Part shown: piece after piece, positions 1-8,146 of the stretch
Layout of the letters: each line of letters opens with the position of its first letter
Position numbering within the stretch: the stretch's first letter is position 1
Source: a virus
Lineage: Duplodnaviria; Heunggongvirae; Uroviricota; Caudoviricetes
Strand: one strand, 5' to 3'
Virus record (IMG/VR): IMGVR_UViG_2663763227_000007
Length of the DNA stretch: 12,156 bases
Translations under genes and position numbers: made by a program
Notes under the pieces: model-generated
Database searches by the model: none
Told to the model about the DNA's origin: nothing
What the model saw: the letters and a program-made list of their open reading frames with translations, nothing else

Positions 1-906
1 GAGCGCCTGAACGCGCTGGCGCAGCAGGCGGATAAATTCGCACAGCAGCAACGGGCAAAACGGGCCGCCATTGATGCGAAAAGCCGGGGGCTGACTGACC
101 GGCAGGCAGAACGGGAAGCCACGGAACAGCGCCTGAAGGAACAGTATGGCGATAATCCGCTGGCGCTGAATAACGTCATGTCAGAGCAGAAAAAGACCTG
201 GGCGGCTGAAGACCTGCTTCGCGGGAACTGGATGGCAGGCCTCAGGTCCGGCTGGAGTGAGTGGGAAGAGAGTGCCACGGACAGTATGTCGCAGGTAAAA
301 AGTGCTGCCACGCAGACCTTTGATGGTATTGCACAGAATATGGCGGCGATGCTGACCGGCAGTGAGCAGAACTGGCGCAGCTTCACCCGCTCCGTGCTGT
401 CCATGATGACAGAAATTCTGCTTAAGCAGGCAATGGTGGGGATTGTCGGGAGTATCGGCAGCGCTATTGGCGGGGCTGTTGGTGGCGGCGCATCCGCGTC
501 AGGCGGTACAGCCATTCAGGCAGCTGCGGCGAAATTCCATTTTGCGACCGGAGGATTTACGGGAACCGGCGGCAAATATGAGCCAGCGGGGATTGTTCAC
601 CGTGGTGAATTTGTCTTCACGAAGGAGGCGACCAGCCGGATTGGTGTCGGCAACCTGTATCGTCTGATGCGCGGGTATGCGGAAGGTGGTTATGTCGGCG
701 GTGCCGGAAGTCCGGCGCAGATGCGGCGGGCGGAAGGTATCCGGTTTGAGCAGAACAACAGCGTGGTGATTCAGAACGACGGTATCAACGGACAGGCCGG
801 GCCGCAGCTGATGAAAGCGGTGTATGAGATGGCCCGTAAAGGTGCGCAGGATGAGATTCAGGCGCAGATGCGTGATGGCGGCGTATTTTCCGGAGGCAGG
901 CGATGA
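1..906 (+). CDS. H: Tail tape measure protein (lambda gpH-like), C-terminal portion; 5' end lies outside the window
   Basis: Frame 1 is open from base 1 with no stop until TGA at 904-906 (the first ATG, at 178, is internal). Gly/Ala-rich segment (GSIGSAIGGAVGGGASASGG). Stop overlaps the M start (ATGA), and the order H-M-L-K-I-J matches lambda. Confidence 0.8.
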   Translation, partial: ERLNALAQQADKFAQQQRAKRAAIDAKSRGLTDRQAEREATEQRLKEQYGDNPLALNNVMSEQKKTWAAEDLLRGNWMAGLRSGWSEWEESATDSMSQVKSAATQTFDGIAQNMAAMLTGSEQNWRSFTRSVLSMMTEILLKQAMVGIVGSIGSAIGGAVGGGASASGGTAIQAAAAKFHFATGGFTGTGGKYEPAGIVHRGEFVFTKEATSRIGVGNLYRLMRGYAEGGYVGGAGSPAQMRRAEGIRFEQNNSVVIQNDGINGQAGPQLMKAVYEMARKGAQDEIQAQMRDGGVFSGGRR

Positions 907-1232
907 AAACCTTTCGCTGGAAAGTGAAACCGGATATGGAGGTGAACTCGCAGCCATCGGTGCGTGAAGTGCGTTTTGGTGACGGGTACTCACAGCGTAT
1001 GGCGGCAGGGCTGAATGCTGACCTGAAAACATACAGGGTGACGCTTTCCGTGACCCGGGAGGAGGCCCGGCATCTGGAAGCGTTCCTGGCAGAGCACGGT
1101 GGCTGGAAGGCATTTTTGTGGAAGCCACCCTATGCATACCGGCAGATAAAGGTGACCTGTGCCGGGTGGTCTGCGCGGGTCGGGATGTTGCGCGTTGAGT
1201 TCAGCGCGGAGTTTAAGCAGGTGGTGAACTGA
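903..1232 (+). CDS. M: Minor tail protein M (lambda gpM-like), 109 aa
   Basis: 109-aa product MKTFRWKVKP...EFSAEFKQVVN, same length as lambda gpM and near-identical at both termini (recalled from memory). ATG overlaps the H stop; its own stop overlaps the L start (TGATG). Confidence 0.92.
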   Translation: MKTFRWKVKPDMEVNSQPSVREVRFGDGYSQRMAAGLNADLKTYRVTLSVTREEARHLEAFLAEHGGWKAFLWKPPYAYRQIKVTCAGWSARVGMLRVEFSAEFKQVVN

Positions 1233-1930
1233 TGCAGGATATTCACGAAGAAAGTCTGAACGAGTCGGTTAAGTCAGAGCAGTCACCGCGGGTGGTACTC
1301 TGGGAAATCGACCTGACGGTGCAGGGCGGTGAGCGGTATTTTTTCTGCAATGAGCTGAATGAAAAAGGGGAGCCGGTGACCTGGCAGGGGCGTGAATATC
1401 AGGCGTACCCGATTGAGGGGAGTGGCTTTGAGATGAACGGGAAGGGCAGCAGTGCCAGACCATCGCTGACGGTGTTCAATCTGTTTGGTCTGGTCACCGG
1501 GATGGCGGAAGACCTGCAGAGTCTGGTGGGGGCCACGGTGGTCCGCCGCCGGGTGTATGCCCGTTTTCTGGATGCGGTGAATTTCGTTGCGGGCAATCCG
1601 GAGGCGGACCCGGAGCAGGAGCTGAGTGACCGCTGGGTGGTGGAGCAGATGTCGCAGCTGACAGCCATGACGGCCTCGTTTGTGCTGGCCACACCGACCG
1701 AGACGGACGGGGCGCTGTTTCCCGGTCGTATCATGCTGGCGAACACCTGTATGTGGACCTACCGCTCTGATGAGTGTGGTTACACGGGCGGGGCTGTGGC
1801 GGATGAGTTCGATAAACCCACCACGGATATCCGTAAGGACAGATGCAGCAAGTGCATGCGCGGGTGTGAACTGCGCAGGAATGTCGGCAATTTTGGCGGT
1901 TTCCTTTCCATTAATAAACTTTCGCAGTAA
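1232..1930 (+). CDS. L: Minor tail protein L (lambda gpL-like), 232 aa
   Basis: 232 aa, same length as lambda gpL. C-terminal cysteine cluster (CMWTYRSDEC...CSKCMRGC) consistent with the Fe-S-binding C-terminus of gpL. Translationally coupled to M. Confidence 0.92.
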   Translation: MQDIHEESLNESVKSEQSPRVVLWEIDLTVQGGERYFFCNELNEKGEPVTWQGREYQAYPIEGSGFEMNGKGSSARPSLTVFNLFGLVTGMAEDLQSLVGATVVRRRVYARFLDAVNFVAGNPEADPEQELSDRWVVEQMSQLTAMTASFVLATPTETDGALFPGRIMLANTCMWTYRSDECGYTGGAVADEFDKPTTDIRKDRCSKCMRGCELRRNVGNFGGFLSINKLSQ

Positions 1931-1940
1931 ATCCCGGTTT

Positions 1941-2606
1941 ATGACACAGACTGAATCAGCGATTCTGGCGCATGCCCGGCGGTGTGCGCCTGCGGAGTCG
2001 TGCGGCTTCGTGATAAGCACGCCGGAGGGGGAGCGGTATATCCCTTGTGTGAATATTTCCGCGGAGCCGGAGGCGTATTTTCGTATCGCACCGGAAGACT
2101 GGCTGCGGGCAGAGATGCAGGGGGAGATTGTGGCGCTGGTCCACAGTCATCCCGGTGGTCTGCCCTGGCTGAGCGAGGCGGACCGGCGGCTGCAGATAAA
2201 GAGTGCCCTGCCCTGGTGGTTGGTCTGCCGGGGTGACATTCACAAATTCCGCTGTGTGCCACATCTGACAGGACGGCGCTTTGAGCACGGGGTGACGGAC
2301 TGTTACACGCTGTTCCGGGATGCTTATCATCTGGCGGTCACCGGCTTTTACCGGGTGCCCCTGTCCTCTGCACAGGCGGGCGATATTCTGCTGTGCTGCT
2401 TTGGTGCTTCGGTACCGAACCATGCCGCCATTTACTGCGGCAACGGTGAGCTGCTTCACCATCTGCCTGAACAACTGAGTAAACGGGAGAGGTATTCCGA
2501 AAAATGGCAACGACGAACGCATTCTGTCTGGCGTCACCGCCACTGGCACGCATCCGCCTTTACGGGGATTTACAACGATTTGGCCGCCGCCTCAGCCTGT
2601 ATGTGA
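1941..2606 (+). CDS. K: Tail tip assembly protein K (lambda gpK-like); JAB/MPN metalloprotease plus NlpC/P60-like domain
   Basis: ATG at 1941 inside the longer ORF-track frame 1680..2606; N-terminus MTQTESAILAHARR as in lambda K. JAMM motif visible (HSHP-x7-S-x2-D in VALVHSHPGGLPWLSEAD); NlpC/P60-type Cys context (DCYTLFRDAY). 3' end overlaps I by 103 nt in another frame, as in lambda. Confidence 0.9.
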   Translation: MTQTESAILAHARRCAPAESCGFVISTPEGERYIPCVNISAEPEAYFRIAPEDWLRAEMQGEIVALVHSHPGGLPWLSEADRRLQIKSALPWWLVCRGDIHKFRCVPHLTGRRFEHGVTDCYTLFRDAYHLAVTGFYRVPLSSAQAGDILLCCFGASVPNHAAIYCGNGELLHHLPEQLSKRERYSEKWQRRTHSVWRHRHWHASAFTGIYNDLAAASACM

Positions 2607-3184
2607 ACACGGCAGCGGAAGCCATTCGCGCCCTGTCGATGCAGATGCCGGGCTTTCGCCGTCAGATGAACGAAGGCTGGTACCAGATACGTATTGCCGG
2701 TGATGACACGGCACCGGAGGCGGTGTACGCCCGTCTTCACGAACAGCTGGGTGAGGGAACGGTCATCCACATTGTGCCGCGACTGGCCGGGGCCGGAAAG
2801 GGTGGACTGCAGATTGTGCTGGGGGCGGCAGCCATCGTGGGCTCTTTCTTCACGGCCGGTGCCTCGATGGTGTTATGGGGTACAGCCCTGAGTGCCGGCG
2901 GTTTTTCTGCCACCACGATGCTGTTTTCACTGGGGGCCAGCATGATACTGGGCGGTGTGGCCCAGATGCTGGCCCCGAAGGCAAAAACACCGGATTACCG
3001 CGCAACGGATAACGGCAGACAGAACACGTACTTTTCCTCACTGGATAACATGATTGCCCAGGGGAACCCGATGCCGGTGCCTTACGGGGAAATGCTGGTT
3101 GGCTCCCGCCGTATATCCCAGGACATCAGCACCCGTGATGAAGGCGGGGGCGGAAAGGTCGTGGTTATCGGGCGGCAGGGGTAA
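2504..3184 (+). CDS. I: Tail tip assembly protein I (lambda gpI-like), 226 aa
   Basis: 226-aa product with ...ICLYGDLQRFGRR...QNTYFSSLDNM...VVVIGR motifs matching lambda gpI as recalled. GAGAGG Shine-Dalgarno about 12 nt upstream. Hydrophobic Gly/Ala-rich central segment. Confidence 0.9.
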   Translation: MATTNAFCLASPPLARIRLYGDLQRFGRRLSLYVNTAAEAIRALSMQMPGFRRQMNEGWYQIRIAGDDTAPEAVYARLHEQLGEGTVIHIVPRLAGAGKGGLQIVLGAAAIVGSFFTAGASMVLWGTALSAGGFSATTMLFSLGASMILGGVAQMLAPKAKTPDYRATDNGRQNTYFSSLDNMIAQGNPMPVPYGEMLVGSRRISQDISTRDEGGGGKVVVIGRQG

Positions 3185-3230
3185 AAAGAATAAAAAAATC
3201 CCGCAGTGATCGCGGACAGGAACTGCGGGA
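3185..3230 (-). terminator. Intrinsic terminator on the minus strand (hairpin plus U7 tract)
   Basis: Inverted repeat tcccgcagt (3199-3207) / actgcggga (3222-3230), 9-bp stem with a 14-nt loop. Immediately followed on the minus strand by T7 (complement of A-run 3192-3198). Not T-rich on the + side, so oriented for leftward transcription. Confidence 0.5.
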
Positions 3231-3289
3231 GAGTTACGAAGATTAAGTGTAAGGAATTATTCTTATATCACGACAAAAAAATTAACGCA
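3190..3289 (-). ncRNA. Candidate ~100-nt small RNA (antisense moron between I and J), bounded by a sigma70-like promoter and the intrinsic terminator
   Basis: Minus-strand TTCACA - 16 bp - TATAAT promoter (plus coordinates 3322-3295) lies about 65 nt upstream of the 3199-3230 terminator hairpin. No ATG in the predicted transcript; a GTG is followed immediately by a stop. AT-rich insert not present in lambda (as recalled). Ends are approximate. Confidence 0.3.
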
Positions 3290-3294
3290 GAGAA

Positions 3295-3322
3295 ATTATA
3301 CGCGCCACAGTCAGTTTGTGAA
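3295..3322 (-). promoter_or_regulatory. Sigma70-like promoter on the minus strand (-35 TTCACA, 16-bp spacer, -10 TATAAT)
   Basis: Reverse complement of 3317-3322 is TTCACA (5/6 match to TTGACA); reverse complement of 3295-3300 is TATAAT (6/6); spacer 16 bp. Confidence 0.35.
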
Positions 3323-3393
3323 AATGTGAAGATATTCAGAATTTTTATGCCATTACCGGTTTTAACCAACAGGATTATCGGTGGGCATGAAAG

Positions 3394-3425
3394 AAAACCC
3401 CGGTATCTGCTGATACCGGGGTTTC
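3394..3425. terminator. Strong near-perfect hairpin (13-bp stem, 4-nt loop) with T-rich flanks on both strands; bidirectional terminator-like
   Basis: aaaccccggtatc (3395-3407) / tgct loop / gataccggggttt (3412-3424). Followed by tttctgttt on the + strand; on the minus strand followed by ttttctttcat. Confidence 0.45.
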
Positions 3426-3527
3426 TGTTTAGCATGGCAGAAATGTGTTTCATGCTTTTCGGGCGAAGGATATCCGACTTCTGTACGGAATGGCAAGTGG
3501 CGGTTAATTTATTCAGGGGAAGGCTGT

Positions 3528-6500
3528 ATGGGAAAAGGTGGCGGTAAGGCACACACGCCTCGCGAGGCGAAGGATAATCTCAAATCCACGCAGATGATGA
3601 GTGTGATTGATGCGATTGGTGAGGGACCGATAGAAGGTCCGGTGAAGGGACTGCAGAGTATCCTGGTGAACAAAACCCCGCTGACGGACACGGACGGTAA
3701 TCCCGTGATACACGGTGTGACCGCGGTCTGGCGCGCCGGGGAGCAGGAGCAGACACCACCGGAAGGCTTTGAGTCCTCCGGAGCTGAAACCGGACTGGGC
3801 GTGGAAGTGACGAAGGCAAAACCGGTGACGCGCACCATTACGTCCGCGAACATTGACCGCCTGCGGGTTACCTTCGGGGTGCAGTCACTGGTGCAGACCA
3901 CGTCAAAGGGCGACCGTAATCCTTCCTCTGTCCGGATTTTGATTCAGTTACAGCGTAATGGTCGCTGGGTGACGGAAAAGGACGTCACCATTAACGGCAA
4001 GACCACCTCACAGTTCCTGGCCTCGGTGATTCTGGATAATCTGCCTCCCCGGCCCTTTAACATCCGGATGGTCCGGGAGACAGCGGACAGCACCACGGAC
4101 CAGCTGCAGAATAAGACGCTGTGGTCGTCATACACCGAAATCATCGATGTGAAACAGTGCTACCCGAACACGGCCATTGTGGGGCTGCAGGTGGATGCGG
4201 AGCAGTTCGGCGGCCAGCAGATGACGGTGAACTACCATATCCGCGGTCGCATCATTCAGGTGCCGTCAAACTATGACCCGGAAAAACGCACGTACAGCGG
4301 TATCTGGGACGGCAGCCTGAAACCGGCATACAGCAACAACCCGGCCTGGTGTCTGTGGGACATGCTGACTCACCCGCGCTACGGCATGGGAAAACGTCTG
4401 GGGGCGGCGGATGTGGACAAGTGGGCGCTGTATGCCATCGGGCAGTACTGCGACCAGACGGTCCCGGATGGTTTCGGGGGGACCGAGCTGCGGATGACCT
4501 TTAATGCGTACCTGGCACAACAGCGTAAGGCGTGGGACGTTCTCAGTAATTTCTGCTCTGCGATGCGCTGTATGCCGGTATGGAACGGTCAGACGCTGAC
4601 GTTCGTTCAGGACCGCCCGTCGGATGTGGTGTGGCCGTACACCAGCAGCGATGTGGTGGTGGATGATAACGGCGTGGGTTTCCGCTACAGCTTCAGTGCC
4701 CTGAAGGACCGGCACACGGCGGTGGAGGTGAATTACACCGACCCGCAGAACGGCTGGCAGACCTCCACGGAACTGGTGGAAGACCCGGAAGCCATACTGC
4801 GCTACGGACGCAACCTGCTGAAGATGGACGCGTTCGGCTGTACCAGCCGCGGTCAGGCCCACCGTGCCGGGCTGTGGGTGATAAAGACCGAACTGCTGGA
4901 AACGCAGACGGTGGATTTCACGCTCGGGTCACAGGGGCTGCGTCACACACCCGGTGACATCATTGAAATCTGTGATAACGACTATGCCGGGACCATGACC
5001 GGCGGACGTGTCCTGTCCATCGATGCCGCCAGCCGTACCCTGACGCTGGACCGGGAGGTGACACTGCCGGAGACCGGCACGGCCACTGTTAATCTGATTA
5101 ACGGCAGCGGTAAGCCGGCGAGCGTGGCCATCACCGCACACCCCGCGCCTGACCGGATACAGGTCAGCACCCTGCCGGATGGTGTGGAGACATACGGTGT
5201 GTGGGGACTCTCCCTGCCGTCACTGCGTCGTCGTCTGTTCCGCTGTGTCTCCATCCGGGAAAACACGGACGGCACCTTTGCCATCACGGCGGTGCAGCAC
5301 GTACCTGAAAAAGAAGCCATCGTGGATAACGGGGCCCGCTTTGAGCCGCAGTCAGGCACCCTGAACAGCGTTATCCCACCGGCAGTGCAGCACCTGACGG
5401 TGGAGGTGAGCGCAGCTGACGGCCAGTATCTGGCGCAGGCTAAATGGGACACGCCGCGGGTGGTGAAGGGCGTGCGCTTCAGTCTGCGCCTGACCAGTGG
5501 TAAGGGAACGGATGCCAGACTGGTGACCACCGCCATCACCGCAGACACGGAGCACCGTTTCAGCGGCCTGCCACTGGGGGAATACACCCTGACGGTCAGG
5601 GCGATTAACAGTTATGGCCAGCAGGGCGAATCGGCCACCACCACCTTCCGGATTAACGCGCCTGCAAAACCCGCCACCATTGAGCTGACGCCGGGGTATT
5701 TTCAGATAACGGCGGTACCGGTGCTGGCGGTGTATGACCCGACGGTGCAGTTTGAGTTCTGGTTTTCGGAAAAACGCATCACGAACACGGCACAGGTGGA
5801 AAAATCTGCCCGTTATCTGGGGACCGGCAGTCAGTGGACTGTCCAGGGCGATCGGATTAAGCCGGGGATGGATTTCTGGTTTTATGTGCGCAGTGTCAAC
5901 CTGGTGGGCAAGTCTGCATTTGTGGAAGCCAGCGGGCAGGCCAGCAATGATGCAAAAGGGTATCTGGAATTTTTCCGTGGTCTGATAGATGAGACGCTGC
6001 TGGGGCAGGCACTGAAAAAGCGCATTGATGCGTCAGCCCTGCGATCGGATGTCACTCAACTGGAAGAGAATATCGGACAACTGGAAGAAGACATCCGTCA
6101 GCGGATGGACACGGATATTGCGGAAGTGACCCGGAAAATCGGGGAGGCGGAAAACAGCCTCACGCAGCTGGTTGCGAAAAAGAATGAGGATCAGACGCTG
6201 GCCATCGCGCAGGTGAGTCAGAAAGTGGACCGTGTCAGCAGTGAAATCTCACAGACGGTCAGTCAGAGCAGTGAGGAAAATACCCGACAGATAGCACAGG
6301 TCCGCCAGTACGTGGACAAAAAGCAAAGTGAAATCAAGCAGACAGTCAGCCAGGGCCAGTCAGAAAACGCCCGGCAGATAGCACAGGTCCGTCAGTACGT
6401 GGATGAAAAAGGGAGTGAAATTGCCTCGACCACGGATAAAAAACTGGGTGACCAGGCCGTGACCATACAGCAAATCCAGCGGGTTCAGTCAGACACGCGC

Positions 6501-7328
6501 GATAATCTGAATGCCATGTATATGCTGAAGGTGCAGAAAACGAAGAAGGGTATTCCGTATGTGGCCGGGATTGGCGCGGGGATCGAGGATGTCGATGGTC
6601 AGACGCTGAGTAACATTCTGCTGCAGGCCGATCGCATTGCGATGATTACTCCGGAGAACGGTAACACCACGCCGTTATTTGTGGCGCAGGGGAATCAGCT
6701 GTTCATGAACGACGTGTTCCTGAAGCGACTGTTTGCGGTGAGCATCACGTCATCCGGCAATCCTCCGACGTTTTCCCTGACGCCGGATGGCAGGCTGACA
6801 GCCCGCAATGCGGATATCAGTGGAGCCATCACGGCGAATACCGGCACGCTCAATAATGTCACCATTAACGAGAACTGTGTCATCAGAGGGAAACTGTCTG
6901 CAAACCAGATTGAAGGCGATCTCGTTAAAACAGTGGGTAAGGCTTTCCCCCGTGACTCCCGTGCACCGGAGCGTTGGCCATCAGGAACCATTACCGTCAG
7001 GGTTTATGACGATCAGCCGTTTAACCGGCAGATTGTTATTCCGGCGGTGGCTTTCAGCGGTGCCAGACATGAGCGGGAGAACAGCGATACTTATTCGTCA
7101 TGCCGCCTGATAGTGAAGAAAAACGGTGCTGAAATTTATAACCGTACCGCGATGGATAATACGCTGGTTTACAGTGGTGTTATTGATATGCCTGCTGGTC
7201 GCGGCCACATGACGCTGGAGTTTTCTGTATCAGCATGGTGGGTAAATGGCTGGTATCCCACAGCAAGTATCAGCGATTTGCTGGTTGTTGTGATGAAGAA
7301 AGCCACTGCAGGCATCACGATTAGCTGA
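3528..7328 (+). CDS. J: Tail tip / host specificity protein J (lambda gpJ-like central tail fibre), 1266 aa
   Basis: N-terminus [22 protein letters not shown] and long collinear similarity to lambda J as recalled (e.g. [70 protein letters not shown]). GGGGAAGG Shine-Dalgarno upstream. About 134 aa longer than lambda J (1132 aa). Confidence 0.95.
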   Translation: MGKGGGKAHTPREAKDNLKSTQMMSVIDAIGEGPIEGPVKGLQSILVNKTPLTDTDGNPVIHGVTAVWRAGEQEQTPPEGFESSGAETGLGVEVTKAKPVTRTITSANIDRLRVTFGVQSLVQTTSKGDRNPSSVRILIQLQRNGRWVTEKDVTINGKTTSQFLASVILDNLPPRPFNIRMVRETADSTTDQLQNKTLWSSYTEIIDVKQCYPNTAIVGLQVDAEQFGGQQMTVNYHIRGRIIQVPSNYDPEKRTYSGIWDGSLKPAYSNNPAWCLWDMLTHPRYGMGKRLGAADVDKWALYAIGQYCDQTVPDGFGGTELRMTFNAYLAQQRKAWDVLSNFCSAMRCMPVWNGQTLTFVQDRPSDVVWPYTSSDVVVDDNGVGFRYSFSALKDRHTAVEVNYTDPQNGWQTSTELVEDPEAILRYGRNLLKMDAFGCTSRGQAHRAGLWVIKTELLETQTVDFTLGSQGLRHTPGDIIEICDNDYAGTMTGGRVLSIDAASRTLTLDREVTLPETGTATVNLINGSGKPASVAITAHPAPDRIQVSTLPDGVETYGVWGLSLPSLRRRLFRCVSIRENTDGTFAITAVQHVPEKEAIVDNGARFEPQSGTLNSVIPPAVQHLTVEVSAADGQYLAQAKWDTPRVVKGVRFSLRLTSGKGTDARLVTTAITADTEHRFSGLPLGEYTLTVRAINSYGQQGESATTTFRINAPAKPATIELTPGYFQITAVPVLAVYDPTVQFEFWFSEKRITNTAQVEKSARYLGTGSQWTVQGDRIKPGMDFWFYVRSVNLVGKSAFVEASGQASNDAKGYLEFFRGLIDETLLGQALKKRIDASALRSDVTQLEENIGQLEEDIRQRMDTDIAEVTRKIGEAENSLTQLVAKKNEDQTLAIAQVSQKVDRVSSEISQTVSQSSEENTRQIAQVRQYVDKKQSEIKQTVSQGQSENARQIAQVRQYVDEKGSEIASTTDKKLGDQAVTIQQIQRVQSDTRDNLNAMYMLKVQKTKKGIPYVAGIGAGIEDVDGQTLSNILLQADRIAMITPENGNTTPLFVAQGNQLFMNDVFLKRLFAVSITSSGNPPTFSLTPDGRLTARNADISGAITANTGTLNNVTINENCVIRGKLSANQIEGDLVKTVGKAFPRDSRAPERWPSGTITVRVYDDQPFNRQIVIPAVAFSGARHERENSDTYSSCRLIVKKNGAEIYNRTAMDNTLVYSGVIDMPAGRGHMTLEFSVSAWWVNGWYPTASISDLLVVVMKKATAGITIS
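6240..6425 (+). repeat. In-frame 87-bp tandem repeat (2 full copies plus a partial) inside J, encoding a 29-aa repeat
   Basis: Copies start at 6240, 6327 and 6414 (agtgaaatc...), period 87 bp and in frame. Encoded repeat SEI(S/K)[19 protein letters not shown]. Confidence 0.8.
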
Positions 7329-7345
7329 ATTTTATAACCCCAATA

Positions 7346-7371
7346 CGGGCGCCAGAAATGGCGCCTTTTTT
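7346..7371 (+). terminator. Rho-independent terminator downstream of J
   Basis: GGCGCC (7348-7353) / agaaat loop / GGCGCC (7360-7365), followed by ttttttatt. Confidence 0.7.
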
Positions 7372-7395
7372 ATTGCAGAAAAGCGAGAGGTAATT

Positions 7396-7995
7396 ATGCG
7401 TAAATTATGTGCTGTTATTCTGTCCGCAGTAGTCTGGCTGGTTGCCGCTGGTACGCCAGCGAGCGCAGCAGAGCATCAGTCCACACTAAGCGCCGGGTAT
7501 CTTCAGACCCACACTGATATGCCAGGAAGCGATAATCTGAACGGGATTAACGTGAAATACCGTTATGAATTTACGGACACGCTGGGGCTGATTACGTCTT
7601 TCAGTTATGCCGACGCAGAAGATGAACAAAAAACGCATTACAGCGATACCCGCTGGCATGAAGATTCCGTGCGTAACCGCTGGTTCAGCGTAATGGCGGG
7701 GCCGTCTGTGCGCGTGAATGAATGGTTCAGCGCGTATGCGATGGCTGGTGTGGCTTACAGCCGTGTGTCGACTTTCTCCGGGGATTATCTCCGCGTAACT
7801 GACAACAAGGGGAAAACGCACGACGTGCTGACCGGAAGTGATGACGGTCGCCACAGCAATACCTCTCTGGCGTGGGGGGCTGGCGTGCAGTTTAACCCGA
7901 CCGAATCCGTGACCATTGACCTTGCTTATGAAGGTTCCGGTAGTGGCGACTGGCGAACGGATGCATTTATTGTTGGTATCGGATACCGTTTCTGA
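7396..7995 (+). CDS. lom: Lom-family outer membrane protein (Ail/Lom/PagC family beta-barrel), 199 aa
   Basis: N-terminal signal peptide (MRKLCAVILSAVVWLVAAGTPASAA). C-terminal AYEGSGSGDWRTDAFIVGIGYRF ends in aromatic F and matches the lambda Lom C-terminus as recalled; internal INVKYRYE and YAMAGVA motifs. GAGAGG Shine-Dalgarno; flanked by terminators (moron). Confidence 0.9.
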   Translation: MRKLCAVILSAVVWLVAAGTPASAAEHQSTLSAGYLQTHTDMPGSDNLNGINVKYRYEFTDTLGLITSFSYADAEDEQKTHYSDTRWHEDSVRNRWFSVMAGPSVRVNEWFSAYAMAGVAYSRVSTFSGDYLRVTDNKGKTHDVLTGSDDGRHSNTSLAWGAGVQFNPTESVTIDLAYEGSGSGDWRTDAFIVGIGYRF

Positions 7996-8098
7996 CAACA
8001 GACGCCGATTTATCTTCTGTAAATATTGTTATGATACGCAGGTTCATCCGCCTTATGGGGTGAACTGCGTTTGAGGAAACGTAAAGTTACACTGTCCT

Positions 8099-8133
8099 GA
8101 AGCCCGTGGCGTCACTGCTGCGGGCTTTTTTTA
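8099..8133 (+). terminator. Rho-independent terminator after lom
   Basis: agcccg (8101-8106) ... cgggct (8121-8126) stem followed by T7 run (8127-8133), just upstream of the stf start. Confidence 0.6.
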
Positions 8134-8146
8134 TTGGTGGAAAAGT

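Noticed and set aside
1680-1940. N-terminal extension of the K ORF (ORF track 1680..2606, 308 aa)
   Set aside because: The upstream 87 codons overlap the 3' end of L in another frame and look like off-frame sequence; the lambda-like K N-terminus MTQTESAIL begins at the ATG at 1941.
443-2020. Overlapping ORFs within H, M, L and K (443..667 +, 499..1137 -, 1283..2020 -, 1399..1746 -)
   Set aside because: Embedded in or antisense to the conserved H-M-L-K reading frames; no independent start signals; composition typical of off-frame translation.
2504-2606. Possible frameshift or mis-assembly suggested by the 103-nt K/I overlap
   Set aside because: The same out-of-frame overlap exists in lambda (from memory of the lambda map), so it is the canonical arrangement.
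3206-3552. ORFs spanning the I-J spacer (3206..3547 +, 113 aa; 3268..3552 -, 94 aa)
   Set aside because: Both run across the strong hairpins and into the J start region, lack Shine-Dalgarno sequences, and have low-complexity composition; the region is better explained as non-coding.
4266-5587. Long minus-strand ORFs inside J (4266..4862, 4982..5587, 5352..5555 and others)
   Set aside because: Fully embedded antisense to a strongly supported J coding frame; Arg/Pro-rich composition typical of shadow ORFs in GC-rich coding DNA.
7486-7998. 170-aa minus-strand ORF antisense to lom
   Set aside because: Entirely antisense to the Lom-family CDS, which has a signal peptide and conserved beta-barrel C-terminus.
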